Counted from the stretch's first letter, positions 10,281 through 25,049 are shown. The stretch is DNA of 64,000 nucleotides from Hydrolagus colliei (GCA_035084275.1 CM068749.1:14260001-14324000); one strand, 5' to 3'. The notes: generated from the letters alone by a model not told the origin. Made by a program: numbers and translations.

Positions 10281-13200
10281 ACTTTCAATGAAACTTTCTC
10301 TCACTCGCCTGAAGCACTCAGACAGTGAACTTTCAGTGACTGACAGAACTGAAAATGGAATGGAACTAAACACTAGAATTTTAACTACTTAAATTAATAC
10401 TGCATTTATGTGCTGGCCATTTGAATGTGTGTTATAGACAGTTGATGTTTGGTAATTGACATGACTTTCTAAAGTCACAAGCACAAACTGAAATTGTGGT
10501 TTTGATTCTCTTTTAAAACCAAAAATTACAGCATTTTAAAATGTTAATTTAAAATCGTGACTTTCCTTGGCAGGAATAAAGTTATTCCTGGAGACAATTT
10601 ACCATGAATGGTAACAATTCTGGGGAAAAAAATGATTTCCAAAATGATTTCCAAGGATCTAGTCATTTCCCTAGAGATACGGGTGATGTAAGGGTTAACC
10701 AGCTCATTCCAATGGTTTTATTGTGTATGTGTCTATGTGCCTCTGTGCTTTGATCTATCCAGCAATTTATCTATTTCATATCCATGTTTTATTTATTGAT
10801 GCAGTGGCACATACATTGATCATTCACTGGAGACTTTTGTAGCAATAGGTTCACCCGGTAATATATGAGTGTGAGCCACACTAAATTCTCACTGAGCGTT
10901 CAGCCATTCAGTCAGATTGCATTCTAATTACAGTATTAAGTGCAAAACCCATGAGTATTCTGACTCCTACAAGTGACAAGCATTGCTGTTTTATGAAACC
11001 AAAATTATAAGGGGCCTGTTGTATGCTCTGGGGAAGTGCACATTTCATGGGATAAAGGTGTATTATGGAAATGCAATTATTGGAAAAGCTGCCCGAGTAC
11101 GTATATGATTTTGTGATGAGGCTTGGAAAGAGAGAATACTAAGAGCCTCCTTCTTACCTGTCTGTGCAAAACTGGTGAATTAGCATCAATTTGTCTTTCT
11201 TGAAACTTAATCCAATATAATTAACACAAAATAGAACACTAGTTTTGTTAAGATCTGAATGGATTCTAATATAGAGTGGGACTAAACCGTAACATTTTGA
11301 CTATGTTAAAACAAAACTGCAGTTTGTGTAAGCAGATGTGCCTATATTGGTAGTTTGGGTGTGCATGGTTATGTATGGTTATGTTTGGTAATTAGTATGA
11401 GCTACTAAAGCCGCAAATGCAAAGAAATATGGAATAGTCATTATTTGGAATTATTGAGCAAATAAGAGTGAATTGATGTTCATCCAGCCTTTTCCACATA
11501 CAGTATATACATATTCAATGATTCCACATTCACCACTGAAATCCACTCTGCTGAAGGGTATCTTTACTGTTCAAATGAGGACAGTAGAGTTTTACTGAGG
11601 ATACACAAGATATTGTGTTTCATTCAGTTAGAGCTATACACAAGGTTTTTTTCCCCCTGGTTTCAAACATTCATTTTACTAAAGCTTTATCTGCCATTAT
11701 ATCTAATGGAAAATCAAACTGTTCTTTGAGAGATCACAAATCGTAATGGCTACGGATTTAAATCATGTTTGTTTGTTTCTTTGGAAGGGAGGGGGGATTA
11801 TACCCAATGGGAATTGGAATCAATAATGGACTAAAATGTTTTCTGCTGTACCAAATTGAGGATGGCTTGAAAATTAATGGATTTGCCCTTCAGTCATGTC
11901 CTTCAATCTAGTCTAACTCCAGTTTGGCTTGACAGTAAACATGTCAATCCATCAGTTCCTAAATCGGCAGATGAGTAGCAAGGCAAATCAGCTAAATTCT
12001 GTAGGTCCAGTATGTAGTTTTAAGACATTTTCCTGATGTGAAAGGCATTATATCAAAGGTAAGTTTTTTTAAAAAATTAAATCACAATATTCGTATAATA
12101 ACTGAGTTTAATCTATTGTAATTATGAAAACAATTAAAGCTGCATTTATTATAACAGAATCTGCTTCTTAGCAACTATTTTATTGTCCAGATTATTGGCT
12201 GAGCAACAAATAACTCCATGAGTATGTCAGTAGGATAGTCAAGCCTCCAGGTCTTGCTGTAAGCAGGTGACTGTATTAACATGAGATCTGTTTACTCTAG
12301 ATTGCAGCAAACTGGCAAGTTATCAATATGTCCACAACATTATAGATTGATTTCCAGATTTGACTAAGGAAGCAAAATGCACAACTCGTTTATTACATAG
12401 AAGCGATTAGTACCATTATAATCCGCAGAAATGCGAGAGAAAAAAATGCATATCAGTCGTCTGAACATACATGGCTAAAGCATAACATTTTGGTTTGATC
12501 TGCTGTTGCTCTGGGTCTGGGTCGAGGGAAAGCTGCCATTACTCGACGCTCTCCTAACCAATACAGCAATTCCCTCCCTGTCTGACACATTCTGATCCAA
12601 AAGGCTGCGAATGTGTCACCTTTTGATATTTGGAAGTTGCATAGAAACTGACTGCACCAGATGGCTCAGCTGCCACACTTGTGCAAGCTCCCAGATATGA
12701 GATTCTCAGCAATCTACAAACAGGTCAACTACTGATTGCTTATCTGGACAATACCTGCGGAAGACCAGTGAGTCTGTCTGTACCTGAATGTCACCCTGGG
12801 ATGATGATGTATGTACTTTAATCTCAAGGCAATTACATTGCCTCTTCTAATGCAGCTTGCTGAAGAATAACAGCTCCATTCTGAAGGTTTGTTGCATTCA
12901 CTTACTTGCGAACTTCTGGCTGGCCAGTCAGCCCTTGCAAATGATTTGGAGGTTGAAGTAAGTACTACCGTTTTCATGCAGGTCATTGAACCAGACATGT
13001 AAGAGTCATGTGCACTGCTTTGTGATTTTCAAAATAAAAGTTGCTACAGTATCTTGAAATAGCATTGAAAAACTCTATCATAGAACCATTTAACTCAGGA
13101 ATCTTTTGTAAACTTCTGAAGTTGCAACTAGTTTCATTGAGTCTCGAGTCTTTCGAACTTAAATATTTTGCCAAAGAGATGCTTGACATTTTATATAAAA

Positions 13201-14364
13201 AGTAGTAGATTTGTTATTTGTTACACATCAAGACATAATAAGAAAACAACAGTGCGGATATATCAAGAAATGGGCAAACAGAACAAAAAGACTTAGTTCA
13301 GAATCCAATGGGCTTCAAAAACCCTAAATTACATTGCATTTGCAGCTAGTCTTATCACCATCCTTGTGGATTTGGAGATCAGCTTTTATTCTAGTAAAAA
13401 GAACAAGTTGCATGATTTATAAAGCCCTGGCAATGTTCCCAAAACATTACAATATAAATCTTTGCTTGGGTCATCCAGACAAAAAGATGAAAAGGAAGAA
13501 ATTGAAGTCAAATGCGTGAGTCAAATGATGCATGGTAGTTAGAATACTGTGTAAGGTACTGCAGACAGTCTTTTCCTCACACATTAACACCTAAGAAGCA
13601 CAAGAATAGAAATATAGAAACCCATGTTATTATTCAAACCATCAAAAAGATGGTGATAATAAGATATAACTGAACTTTATATAATAGTAAAAGACACTTT
13701 ACTCTATTCTATAGAGACACTTACAAGGATATGGGTAATTATGCAGAGTTCTTGGTCATATTAACCCACACATGTCAATACAACAAAGCACTCGTGAGTA
13801 AATTGGCCAGAAATCTCAGGTGAATTCTAAAGGAACCTTCTTGAAGCTGCAGTGGGTAACACAAAATCCCACCAGAGAACGAGGTTAAACAAGAACAGGC
13901 TTGTTGCATTATTAATAGCATAAGTTGAGGCTTTTACTTCTGAAGAAATAAGCACTGACTGCTTTGGTTGCTAGCACAAAGGTAAACGTGGGGCTCATTT
14001 CCACATTTGTGGGATTGTGAAAAATGTGTTAAATCTTACTCAATAAGCCTATGACTGCCTTCATAAACTCCTTCTGCGATGCAATGGATATGCAGAACTG
14101 AATTGAACAGAGAGCCCATTTAAAATGCAATCGCTAGTAATGATTTTGGTAGGTTTGGAAGCTACAATACATTTTGTTTGTGTGTTAAACTTCAGCAAAT
14201 GTTCAGCCCTGAGAAATTTGAGCAAAAGAAAGTATGAAACGACCCAAGGTCATAAAATCCATCCAGCCCATTCCTTCCAGAGACCATCACACAAGGCAAA
14301 TCTATTATCTGCCCATCTGTTATAATGTTTTCTTTATCTTCAAAGGTAAAACTGTACTATACTC

Positions 14365-14755
14365 ACCTAATAGAGGTTTATAAGATCATGAGGGGTTTCG
14401 ACAGGGCAAATAGAGAAAAACTATTTCCACTCGTGGGTGAATCTGTGACTCGTGGTCACAGATTTAAAATAGTTCCAAGGCGCAGTAGAGGGGAGCTGAG
14501 GAGAAATTTTTTCACTCAGCGAGTTGTTCGAATCTGGAATGCATTGCCTGAAAAGGTGGTGGAGGCTGATTCGATAACAACTTTTAAAAGGGAATTAGAT
14601 CTTTATTTAGGGAGAACGGGTCTATTAGGCTATGGGGAGCGGGCAGGGCAGTGGGATTGAATCGCTCTTTTCAAAGAGCCGGCACAGACTAGATGGGCCG
14701 AATGGCCTCCTTTTGTGCCGTAAAATTCTATGATTCTATGATTCTATGATTCTAT
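14365..14755 (+). mobile_element. Young 5'-truncated CR1 LINE (ORF2 C-terminus + 3'UTR)
   Basis: Uninterrupted LIEVYKIMRGFDR...TRGHRFKI...FFTQRVVRIWNALPEKVVEA...GYGERAGQWD*. The 3'UTR contains gatgggccgaatggcctcc and ends in an (ATTCTATG)3-4 tail. Confidence 0.95.
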
Positions 14756-14849
14756 AGAACAAATACCTCAGCCTATTTACTTCCCTAAACCAGAGTCCTT
14801 TCACCCCACCCCTCCCCCACCCACCACCAACAAAACAGTTTCTCTTTAT

Positions 14850-15000
14850 TTAATGTATCAAAATCTATCATAATTTGAACACATGTACTGTTTCCTTTGT
14901 TCCAGTAATAAAAATGCTCATCTCTCTTCATAATTAAAACCTCCCATCCCTACGGTATCATCCTAGTGCATCTCTTGTGTATTCCTTTCATGAATTGACA
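14850..15000 (-). mobile_element. Old antisense CR1 fragment
   Basis: tatcatcctagtgcatctcttgtgtattcctttca resembles the reverse complement of the CR1 ERVQRRFTRM coding segment; heavily diverged. Confidence 0.35.
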
Positions 15001-18000
15001 TCTTTTCTAAAGTAGGGTATTCAGAAATGGACACGAATGGTAACTTTTTTAGATCTAAACTTTTGAGATTCTGGGATACGGTACAATGAATTGCAAGTGA
15101 ATTGCAATGATTCTTGATTTCAACATAGTGAGAAGAAAACATATGCACTGTATTTAAAGTTTAGAAGAATACATCTATGGGTAGTTATTAAATGTAGTCT
15201 AATAAGGTAATGAGATAAGATTAAATAAGATAAATGTTATCAAATAAGATAAGTAACTGAAAAGAGTAGTTACACATTTTTCCAGCACAGTTAAGTCATA
15301 CTTAAATCATACAGTACATCTTAAATCATAGTTTGTGACAATAAGATGTCACCCTTTTCAAAAGGCATCTTAAAAGAAAGTGAGTGTTTAACCACAGGAG
15401 ATATTGTCGAACTAAAGTGTTTTAAAACATCTTGTATAGGTCAACAAGAATGACTGTACTTAACACTGGAATGCTAATTGTTGAGTCTTAAATGGCTCCA
15501 GGCTTGCATCACTAAAGATCTGAGAATATTAAGCAGGAAATTAATATGGTATGCATTCGTTTCCAGAGATCTCATACTAGACATGTGAGTGATAGCTGTC
15601 TTCGCGTTCTCAGCATTGAATAGGGTACAAAAGATTCCAAATTTACAGCTAATAAAATTTTAATTCTTGAACATAGTTGTGGTTATATATTTACAGGCAC
15701 TCCATCCTCAACATTATTTCAACTGAGGTGAAATGTGCCTAATAATCTAAATCAAATCTTACCAATTTAAGGCAACACAAATTACCTGTAAGCTCCAATT
15801 TAAAATAACACAAAACATCAGGTAGCTAAATAGTAAATAGATGACAGATAACTAAAATGTTCAGCTAAATTAAATATGGTAAGATTGGAGGTTTAGTATC
15901 ATTGCAGTATGCGCATTCCACTGCTACTTATGAGTTTAATGATGAATGAGCAGCTTTTGCTATATGCAGGTTGTAAATGTGTTAGCAAGTCTCATTTCAT
16001 ACAATTACATGATCACTGAATTGCTATACTTTTCACAAAAAGATAGAGCTCAGCTAAATCCAAGTTTACAATGGAAGATTTCAGAGTAAATCTTAAATCT
16101 TTTTTTCTAATGTATTTTATTTTGCAAAAGGTATTCTTGTGTGAAAAACTTATTATTTTTATCTTAGATATTATTTATTCAAGCAAAAAAGGACACTGAA
16201 ATATTCAAAAGGAGAAACGCTGTGAAGAGAACTGGGGCATTGCTTCTACGTAACTTGCTTCAGCACCAGTTGTAACACGAGGTTACAAGATGATCCAAGT
16301 CCAAAAGAAGAAATGGGAATTGTTGCTTCAGATGTTCTTCTCATCTATCACCGTCCGATCAAACTACGGCAATTATAAACCGACTGTCGAACTTCCTAAA
16401 ATAAATCAGGTCACTTCTTGATAGCTCCATAGTAATAATGCTGCAACCATTAACATCATTACACATGAAAGACGTTGTGGATAGACTGTCAGTCTCTCCT
16501 GTGCTAACTGCCTGTTTTACCACAGGAGAGCACACAGAAGATGCAGAATTTAGAAAATCTGGAAAAGGCTGGTGATCTAAAACCTAACATATTTTTCAGA
16601 CGAACTGCATTGAAGAATCACACATTCAGTACCTTCGATTTCAGACATTAATAAACCTGCAGTGCATTTACTACCATTTTCTAAAGCTACAACTGAAAAT
16701 GGGATTGCATTGACACAAGGTGAACTAAATTGTAGCTTTCTGTTAAATTTCATTTTACAAATCTCAGTTCACTGCACATAAATATACTGAATGCCAATAA
16801 GTATAAAAATACTGAAAACCCTACGAAAATATAGATTAAGGGCACGTCATTAACCATTAAGCATGTCCTACCACATATTGGGGTCACTTTCATGTTCCTC
16901 TAATCCTAGAATCTCTTAAACATTAACCAAAGCCTCACTTATTTCTTTCTTTCTGGGTTCTCGGATGACAATGATTGAGTCAAGATTCTCAGAAATTCAT
17001 AGAGATATAATTACTATTATTATTACTTAAATTTCTTTGTTATACAGTAGATATATTTTTGACCATATAAACATTAAGCTTTATGTTTGCTCCAATTCCT
17101 TAACAAATGGTTTCATTTATTCATTGAATATAATTGAAGGACAATAGACTGATCTCTGGCAATCTAGCAGTGAGTATGCATCCATTTCTCCTTGCTGTCC
17201 AAGAGACGTTTCAATCCATAGTGATGTGGGGGTGATTGTTTTTTTATGGTAACTGAGCTGTTTGATCAAATGTCTGCATCCTATAGCTGGTCAGATAAAT
17301 ATGAATTATGTGTCTATTTTCTTCTGGTAGTATTGTGCGACTCCATATTGTGAAGTTCTACACTGTGTGCATTCTCATTGTTGAAAACTTTACACTGTAA
17401 GCTGTCATCACACACAGTACTGTGCAAAGCAGGCACAAGTTTAAAGTCTTTCAAAGAGCTATTTCTTTGCTACTGCAACACTGACAAAACAGGCAGATTG
17501 TTTTATGCATCATTATTTCTCAGAAAACCCTGAAGGGAAATGTTTGAAAACTGTATCATGTACACAGCAACGTACATTTATATAGCACCCTTACAATACA
17601 ATACACATTCACATTTATACAGCATCTTTCACATCAGAAGACATTCCAAGCATAGGATAATGTCTTAAAGCACTGAATAAAATATACATGAATAAAGTGC
17701 TCCCTGTAAAGCTAAAACATTTGAACCTGATTATGTTTTCTTTCCAAATGGATTAAATCTGCTCAAATAATATGAAAAATAGATGTCTGTTTACATGTTG
17801 GTGATATTTTGCTTTATGTCATCAAAAGATTTGTCAATGTTGTTAGTCTCCAGAGTTATACTGCATGTCTCTTAGGATTGGATAAAATAATTACCAATAA
17901 TCTTCAAACAATTTAATGTATAGTGGGAAAATAATCGAATGCCAAGTACACTTGACTCAGCACTCTTGCAAAGTTCCCGGGAGAGCAGGTCATATGGACA

Positions 18001-19957
18001 TTTCTGTTGTGCATTGTTACTTTCAAATTCATCTTGGTTGGCTTCTCACTAACATCTGGCAGGAAATCATTAACATGGGAGGAAATCATTGATAGGAAGT
18101 CAGGAAATGTCTGTACAAAAGTGTAAGGATTCTGTAATTAATGTATTAGATATTATCTGAAAGTATAATTGTGAAAGACACTTTATTCATCTGCATGTAC
18201 ATTTAGAATGTAAGATACCCATAATCCTTTAATAATGACTAGTTGAGCAGGGGTTAAAAGTAGCTTTGCTGGACCGATTGAGGTCAGCTACTGATTACAT
18301 TCTGTATTTTCCTGAGAAGATGTTCACTGCTCTGAGATAATGAGCAATTGGGTGCTTGAGCAATGTATGAACTGTTGGAGGTAGCAGTTGTTAAACATTC
18401 CATTGCAGCTACTGAAAACGTAAAAGGAGTTTCTCCCTGGCCATAAGACCTTCAGACAAAATTGGTCATTCATGTCATGACTGTTTGCGACTTTAGTGCA
18501 AGCAAAATGGATAATACATTTGATATGAACAACAGTCACTACACACCACAGCAATCACCATGAAGTGCTTCGAAATGTTTCAGTGTTATAAGTGCAATAA
18601 AAATGCCAAGTTCTTTCTTTTTTACATGACCATTTTTCGTTGCAAAGGCTTCAATAATTCAGTTATCTCTCCTTACATCTGTCATGTCCTTTCATGAACA
18701 TTTCCACGCATGCTGTCAGTCCCTCTCCTGTGCTTAAAAATGGTCTTAGAAAGTTCTGTTTCTAATACTGTGTGTTTAGCAGGCATGATTGAACTGTTCA
18801 AGGAAAGCAGCGTTTCCCTCCCCAGATGGCCCAGGAGACATCAATGAAACATAGAGGAACCCCAAGTGTAGTTTTCAATTAAGTGGGATTGAACCAGCAG
18901 CCCTGGCATGTGCTGCTGTGCCATCAAGGCACGAGTCTTCTTCTTTAAAACTAAGCAAATTACCTTAATAGAAGTAGAATCGAATACCACAGCAGTTATA
19001 TTTATATACTATATAATATTTCCAAAGCTATTGTAAGATATTTTTGTAAGGCCTTTGACCTCTAAATCTTCCCAGCCCTTCAGTCTTTGCTCGTTTCTTA
19101 GCTAACTTTTAACAGGATATGCATTTCACATGCAGTAAGTACATGGTAATGTAATACAGTAATTTTAAAGCGCCTTTGAGTTGCATTACATCATAAAACA
19201 AGCAAAATAGATTGATTTAGTGTGGTTTACCATCCAGCTTTCTACTGTCATAAACATCAGTAAGTAGTTTTTCTTGAATACAAATAAAATTGAAATATTA
19301 AAGCTCTTCGCATCCATTAAAATATCATGTACAAAGACACTATTTCAGTTTAGTAGAAAATCAGTCGTGCATTATCAGTGGTTAGAAAAAGAATAAGACA
19401 TAGGTTTTATTATATTAGTAATGTGATTTGAATGTATGCAATAGTACAGTGCAGACTTAGGATAAGTAAAATTATGATCAATATAGTTATGTTATGACAA
19501 ATCACTGCTGATAAAAATACTGTTTTTTCCTTATTCTAACTGAAACTAGATTAAAGTCAAGAAAGGCTTCAAAAGTCTAGAAGTAGTTTGGTAAAAGGTA
19601 TAACAGTGACTGTGCCATATACAGTATTTACATGACTAAGGCCTGATGTGGAATTTCTTAAAAGCGATTTTTTTATTTGGACATTGTGGCTGCCACTATT
19701 TCAGCCAATAATCCAGTTTTATTAGGGAATGACAATTTGTGCAGCAATCTGGGAAAATAATCTACAGACTCAAAGCACCATGGTTGTTTGTCACAAATAC
19801 AAAAATGAGCATAATATCCCACAGCCACACGTCTCGAGCACAAAAATGCTTTGAATTTGATAGTAATTGGCATTAATTTGCCAAGCTCACACAAAGAGGC
19901 AACAAGACATGAGAACGAGAATGGAAGATATCGGCTGGCACAGTAGAAGGCAGCCAT

Positions 19958-20036
19958 CAACAACAACAACTAAATTATATTTGTATAGCACCTTTCACGT
20001 CAGGAGGACGTCCCAAGGCGCTGACCTTGGGACGTC
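19958..20036 (-). mobile_element. Orphan L2-type 3' tail with a short inverted 5' junction
   Basis: (caa)n + ttgtatagcacctttcacgtcaggaggacgtcccaaggcgct, then ccttgggacgtc, a perfect inversion of 20007-20018. Confidence 0.75.
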
Positions 20037-23000
20037 AAGTCATCAAGTGATGAGGTGGAGTATTTTAATGGGGCTCAATGGGAGCAGGCTTTGTAACCTG
20101 AGATATGTGCATATTTGATAAGTCCTGGATTCTTTCATTCAGTGTAAAGTGTAAAATAATATTTTATCTATTATTATTGTTCATCCAATTTAACTCTGGA
20201 TTGTTAATATATCACAAGTCAATTAACCAATACTGTATATCGGGACGCAAACATAATCTTAAAATTTAAGGTAGTGTAGAATTGTGGACAATTTTTGAAC
20301 TCATAAAGGCATAATTTGGAATCTGGTTTTCTACAAATCCTAAAAAGAGAATTCCAAGAATAAATGTATAAATTTTACACAATGTTAACTGTTAACTTTC
20401 TTAATCTTGAATGGATGTTTATAAAATTGTCTTGTATGCTAAGAGAAGATGCAATTTTGGGACACGCATTCTTATATTACTTGTCATATAAGTCTGTGTG
20501 CATGTCATACTCTAATATAACAGAGTTCATAATACTCGCTTTGCAATTTCTCTCAAAAACATATCCTCATTGAGTTTGGGTACCACAGAATTATGGCACG
20601 GAAGGACCAATGTTGCTTTTTATACTTACTTCTAAACCTGCCAGGAGTTTCTGAGTTTATAGAAAGACTAAAGATTTTCAGAATCATGCGTAGAATTGCC
20701 TTGAGCCCAGCCTATAACAATTATGAGGGAGAAATGTAAATCCAGCTTCCAGTACTACAACATTCTACAGCTAGAAATGCTATTACACAGTACTTCTCTC
20801 CTGGTAGAGCATTGGACTTCTGTTAATGTCTTGCGCTCATTACCGAGGCTGTCTAAAAGGTGACAATGAACTCCACAAGATTATCTCTAGTTTCGTTATA
20901 ATTATGCTCCTTTTTGCTGAGCTTTTCCAGGGACTTACTTATATAACTGTGAACTTTCACTCAGTGATGCAAATGAGTGGATTAGAAGCTTCTTTACAGG
21001 ATTGATACCTGTATTACTTAAGAGATTACCCTTTTGAAGGCACACACAATCTAACAACAGGTGGATGCTGCGAAAGTTTTTGTACATGTATGTAAAATGA
21101 TGAAACTGATGAAATGTACAAGTTGATGCCAGACTGGCTGAATGTCCAAATAAAATTATAAAACCCACAAAAAATAAAACTCTTTGATTTTTCATTGTCA
21201 TTCATAAGTCATGCTTGTGAAGCTTCCAGTTATTTGAACATGTTTGCAGGCATTAACCAAACTGAAATAACTACTCAGAGCAAACACTTTTTGATTAATT
21301 GCTGATGTCTACCATAGCTTCCTCTGCTGACACTTCTGTATTCCTATTTCCAAGTAATTAATTTGCAAAGGGAAAAAATCAATGGTTTGGTATGGCATGA
21401 GCAGTTAAAGCTTGTCACTTACCATTGTGGATCTTGTTCTAAATTATACCATCATGTTATTCTGTCTGCATTACTTGGATGTGACAAACAATGTATTTTG
21501 GTGGTCAGTCTGACGAGCATTTAAATGCATCTCTTCCTCTTTCCTGTTGTTTCCAAACTTCACCGGTCTGTGGGCGTAATATTTCTTAGAATGCATTCAA
21601 TAAAAGTGCCATTAGTTCGGAGCCAGCTATAATTTATTATTGCTATAATAAAAACCTTGAGCAAAAAGTACTGTTATTATAAAGCTGAGCTCTAGCAGGC
21701 AAAAAGTCTATCATTTTAGATTTAGGATTAATATGCTGAAAGGTAATTAATGCACAATAATAATGATAATGGTACATGGTGACCTTCAGAATGTATGTAG
21801 GAGATCTTTATTAGAAAAAAAGTTGAGTACAGTATCTTGAATCAAACAAAATAATCTATTGGAACTGAAATCTTAGATTTCACAGAAATGAACTTTTAAG
21901 GAAAAGTATAGTGTATGTGCAGCAAAACTCAATATTCTGTTGATCGAAAGTGGAAAGGGGCACCAAACCATTTCAATTGTTCTAGTCTGGTCCAAAACAA
22001 AATGTATCAATTAAAAGTAATTCAAAGAAATAAAGCAGAGGAATGCATTAGAGAAAGCAAGAATGAAGATAAATGGTAATGAGTCAGGTGATAAGGCCAG
22101 AGCTATGGAAGAGGAAAATGCAAAGAGCAATTTAAGCATTAAGTGTGACACTTCCAAACTTAGGTTCAGTTGAGGAACCAATTATAATTACTATTGCATT
22201 GAAATGAATGAGTTGTAATAAGGTTTAATCATTTTGTTGAGTTTGAAATGGAAACGTATCTTTTCTCTGGCAACTACAGTAATCAGAAAATAAGTACTTC
22301 CTAATTGTTGCTGATAGTTTGCATGTACACAATTACTCATTCCTCTTCCTGAATAAGAATGGTAAACAGCACTTTACATATGCATTTTTATTCTGTGCAG
22401 AGCTAAGTCATGCAGCTACCCAATCCATCAATCCTATCATTAAATGTACAATCCCAAATGGATGCAGGAAAATAAACAATTCATTTAAAAAAATAATTGT
22501 GGTGGAATAAAATGTATGTATGATTTTATTTTTCCATAAATCACACTCACTTTCTGATAATGATGACACTGAGGGCTGTCATTGTAGTAATTCAGAACAG
22601 TATTTGATAATAATAATTCTGTATTCCAAACAAAGGCTGATTCCAGTAACCAAACCCTCGTCACGTCAATCCACTGAGACTCTAACATCATGACGCTTAA
22701 GAGTATCAGGAGTAACCAATCATCCTGCTTAAGAGAATCCAAATCATATTGAGAATTCCATGCATCCCAATTACACAAGGAAATTCCTGAGATAGATTGT
22801 TGGAATGGAATGCACACTCTCGCCCTGGAGGGACACATCCTGCAAAAGTATCCTCCAAAAAGTATTAGGCACAGGTTCGCAAGAGTCAAGGCTTGGAGAC
22901 TAGTGCAGGAAAAAAAAACTTCCACCTGAGACTATTCCCAACAAGAGACAATGGGTTTTCATCCCATTAGTATGAGTTGGCTGCAAACCTTGACTTTGGG

Positions 23001-24730
23001 GAGAATTAATTGTATTCCTGAATTTCTGTTTCTCTTCTCCCAGCTCAACATAAGAATTTAGCATATAATGGTTTAAATGAGGGCCACTTGAGATACCATA
23101 GTATAGTTTCACTGGCTGTTTTGGGCTCTGGAAGAGCTTCTCTTGTGTATTTCTTATCCGCCTGTCTGCAGTTTGTGAATGAAGAACTAGTTGGAACAGA
23201 TGGAGCTCCACAAAAAAATTTCTAATCAGTCATAAAACAAACAAGTGAACAATAATGCTAGCAGCCAAGATTTAGCACTGTGCCAAGAAGGTTTAGTGAT
23301 TACAATGGAGCGGAACAGGAGTTAACAGAAAAAAATGCAACTTCTGACAAAATTAAGTTTTTCTATGTACAGTATCAGTATTAGTGTACAGCTTGTGATG
23401 GTCATTAATATTGTTGAAGTGATGATTAATTCAATTGGTTGTCTCTAGGTCCAACATTGAGGTCATTGGAAATCTCAATGTCTCTTTTTCGTGAAGCATT
23501 GTAGAGGACAAATCAGCTAATGGTGGCGCTTGCAATAATACCTTCTTTTAAAAAATAAATCTTCAGTGCAACTAAACACATTGTGATATAATCCATATTG
23601 TTTTTAATTTCTGGTTTAATACTAATAAGAGTATTATAAGAGGAAGTAACTAAAGGCTACGTGGCCAAAACTGATTTTTGTCAGGTTCTTTGTCTTTACA
23701 ATAATAAGAGTGTATATTTTATCACAGAATCCACCTGATCTAACAAGTTCTAAAAAAAAGGGATAGGGAATTATTTTAAAGAAAAATTAAATAAAGATTC
23801 CAGCAAAAATCCTGTCTGAGGTAGACAACGGTTATTATTTCCCAATCGGAAAGCATCATAAACAAATTAAATGATTAGATTTGGACCTACAAGTGGCAAC
23901 AAGCTTGCATGGTACAAAATACTGAGATATATTTGGGGAACGGTGTTCAGATTCACAGGAAGTGAACATTACCCAAATATTCCAGTGCATTGTAATGTAA
24001 TGATAAACTGTATAGCTACTGTTTTCCTCTTACTCCCTATTTGTCTAGAATTAGATAAAAAGGGAGACATTTCAACTTCTTAGGTTTACAATTATTAAAT
24101 CTATTTAGGAAACTATATCAAAAGTAATGAACAGGCACTAATCCAGGCAAGAGAGCTGAATACATCTGAATTTGATTCAGGCAAATATGGCTGAATTTGA
24201 TTCAGTGAAATTCAGTCAAATCAAAACCTTTGCCAGTTCAGATCAATTTGTCCTAAGAATAGGAACTTCACCATATTGTATTGTCATCTATATGCATGTA
24301 TAGCTATGATACATTTAGGACATCAAAAAATGTTTCATTTGCTGCCAACTGAGATCAGTTTAGAAGAACAATACATGTTCTAACTGAAATGAAAAGCTTT
24401 TGAACTTAAATGAGCATAAGTATCCAGGGTAACACAGTCGAGTTAACATTAGACTCAGAAATAGAAGGTTCTCGGACTGAATGCCAGTCGGTCAAATTAG
24501 CTCTTCAATCTGTTGAGGTTGCTTTAATAGTTTAATGAATCCCTTATCTAAGGCTACTTTTCTTGTAAGGCAAGCAGGGTCATTCAGGGTTGCAAAACCA
24601 GATAGATTTCCAGTAACCCAAGTTATTGTTGATGGTGAACCAGCCTAATTTGCTCATCAATGAGACTTAGAAGTGTGGGCACATCATCAAATTGGTGAAC
24701 CAAAACATGAATTGGGAATGAAGACCCAGA

Positions 24731-25049
24731 AAATAATATTACTGATCCTTGCATTTGATGTAGTGCTTTTCACATCTTCTCGACATCTCAAAGCGCTTCA
24801 TAGAATACACTGTAAATCTAATTGACTATATTTGTGGGTGAAATGCAGTAGGCAATTACGCAGAGCAGTGTACCACAAACAGTTGTGGATTGATGTGTCC
24901 AATTTATTACTTTTTTTTTCTTGTGAGATTATTATCAGGCTTGTGGAGTAAGGAAACTTGCCCAAGATTTTGTCTTGCCTGCCGGGAATCAAACTGAGGT
25001 CTCTTGTTTTCGAGGCAAGCGCTCTAACCACTGAGCTGCTGGACTTCAC
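24731..25049 (-). mobile_element. Full-length tRNA-derived Deu-domain SINE
   Basis: A-box agctcagtggttagagc, B-box-like gtttgattcc, cttgggcaagtttccttactcc body, Deu core and L2-like tail; colinear with 40659-41009. Confidence 0.9.

Noticed and set aside
10271-10340. CACAGTG heptamer suggesting a V(D)J recombination signal
   Set aside because: No nonamer at 12/23 spacing and no Ig/TCR segments; just a short acagtgaactttca duplication.
12600-13200. Possible minus-strand exons (donor GTAAGT at ~12905, acceptor at ~12715)
   Set aside because: Cannot be assembled into a coherent recognisable reading frame.
22485-23211. Two adjacent minus-strand ORFs and nearby CRE/CCAAT-like words
   Set aside because: No homology recognised, non-ATG starts, no CpG island; motifs too short.
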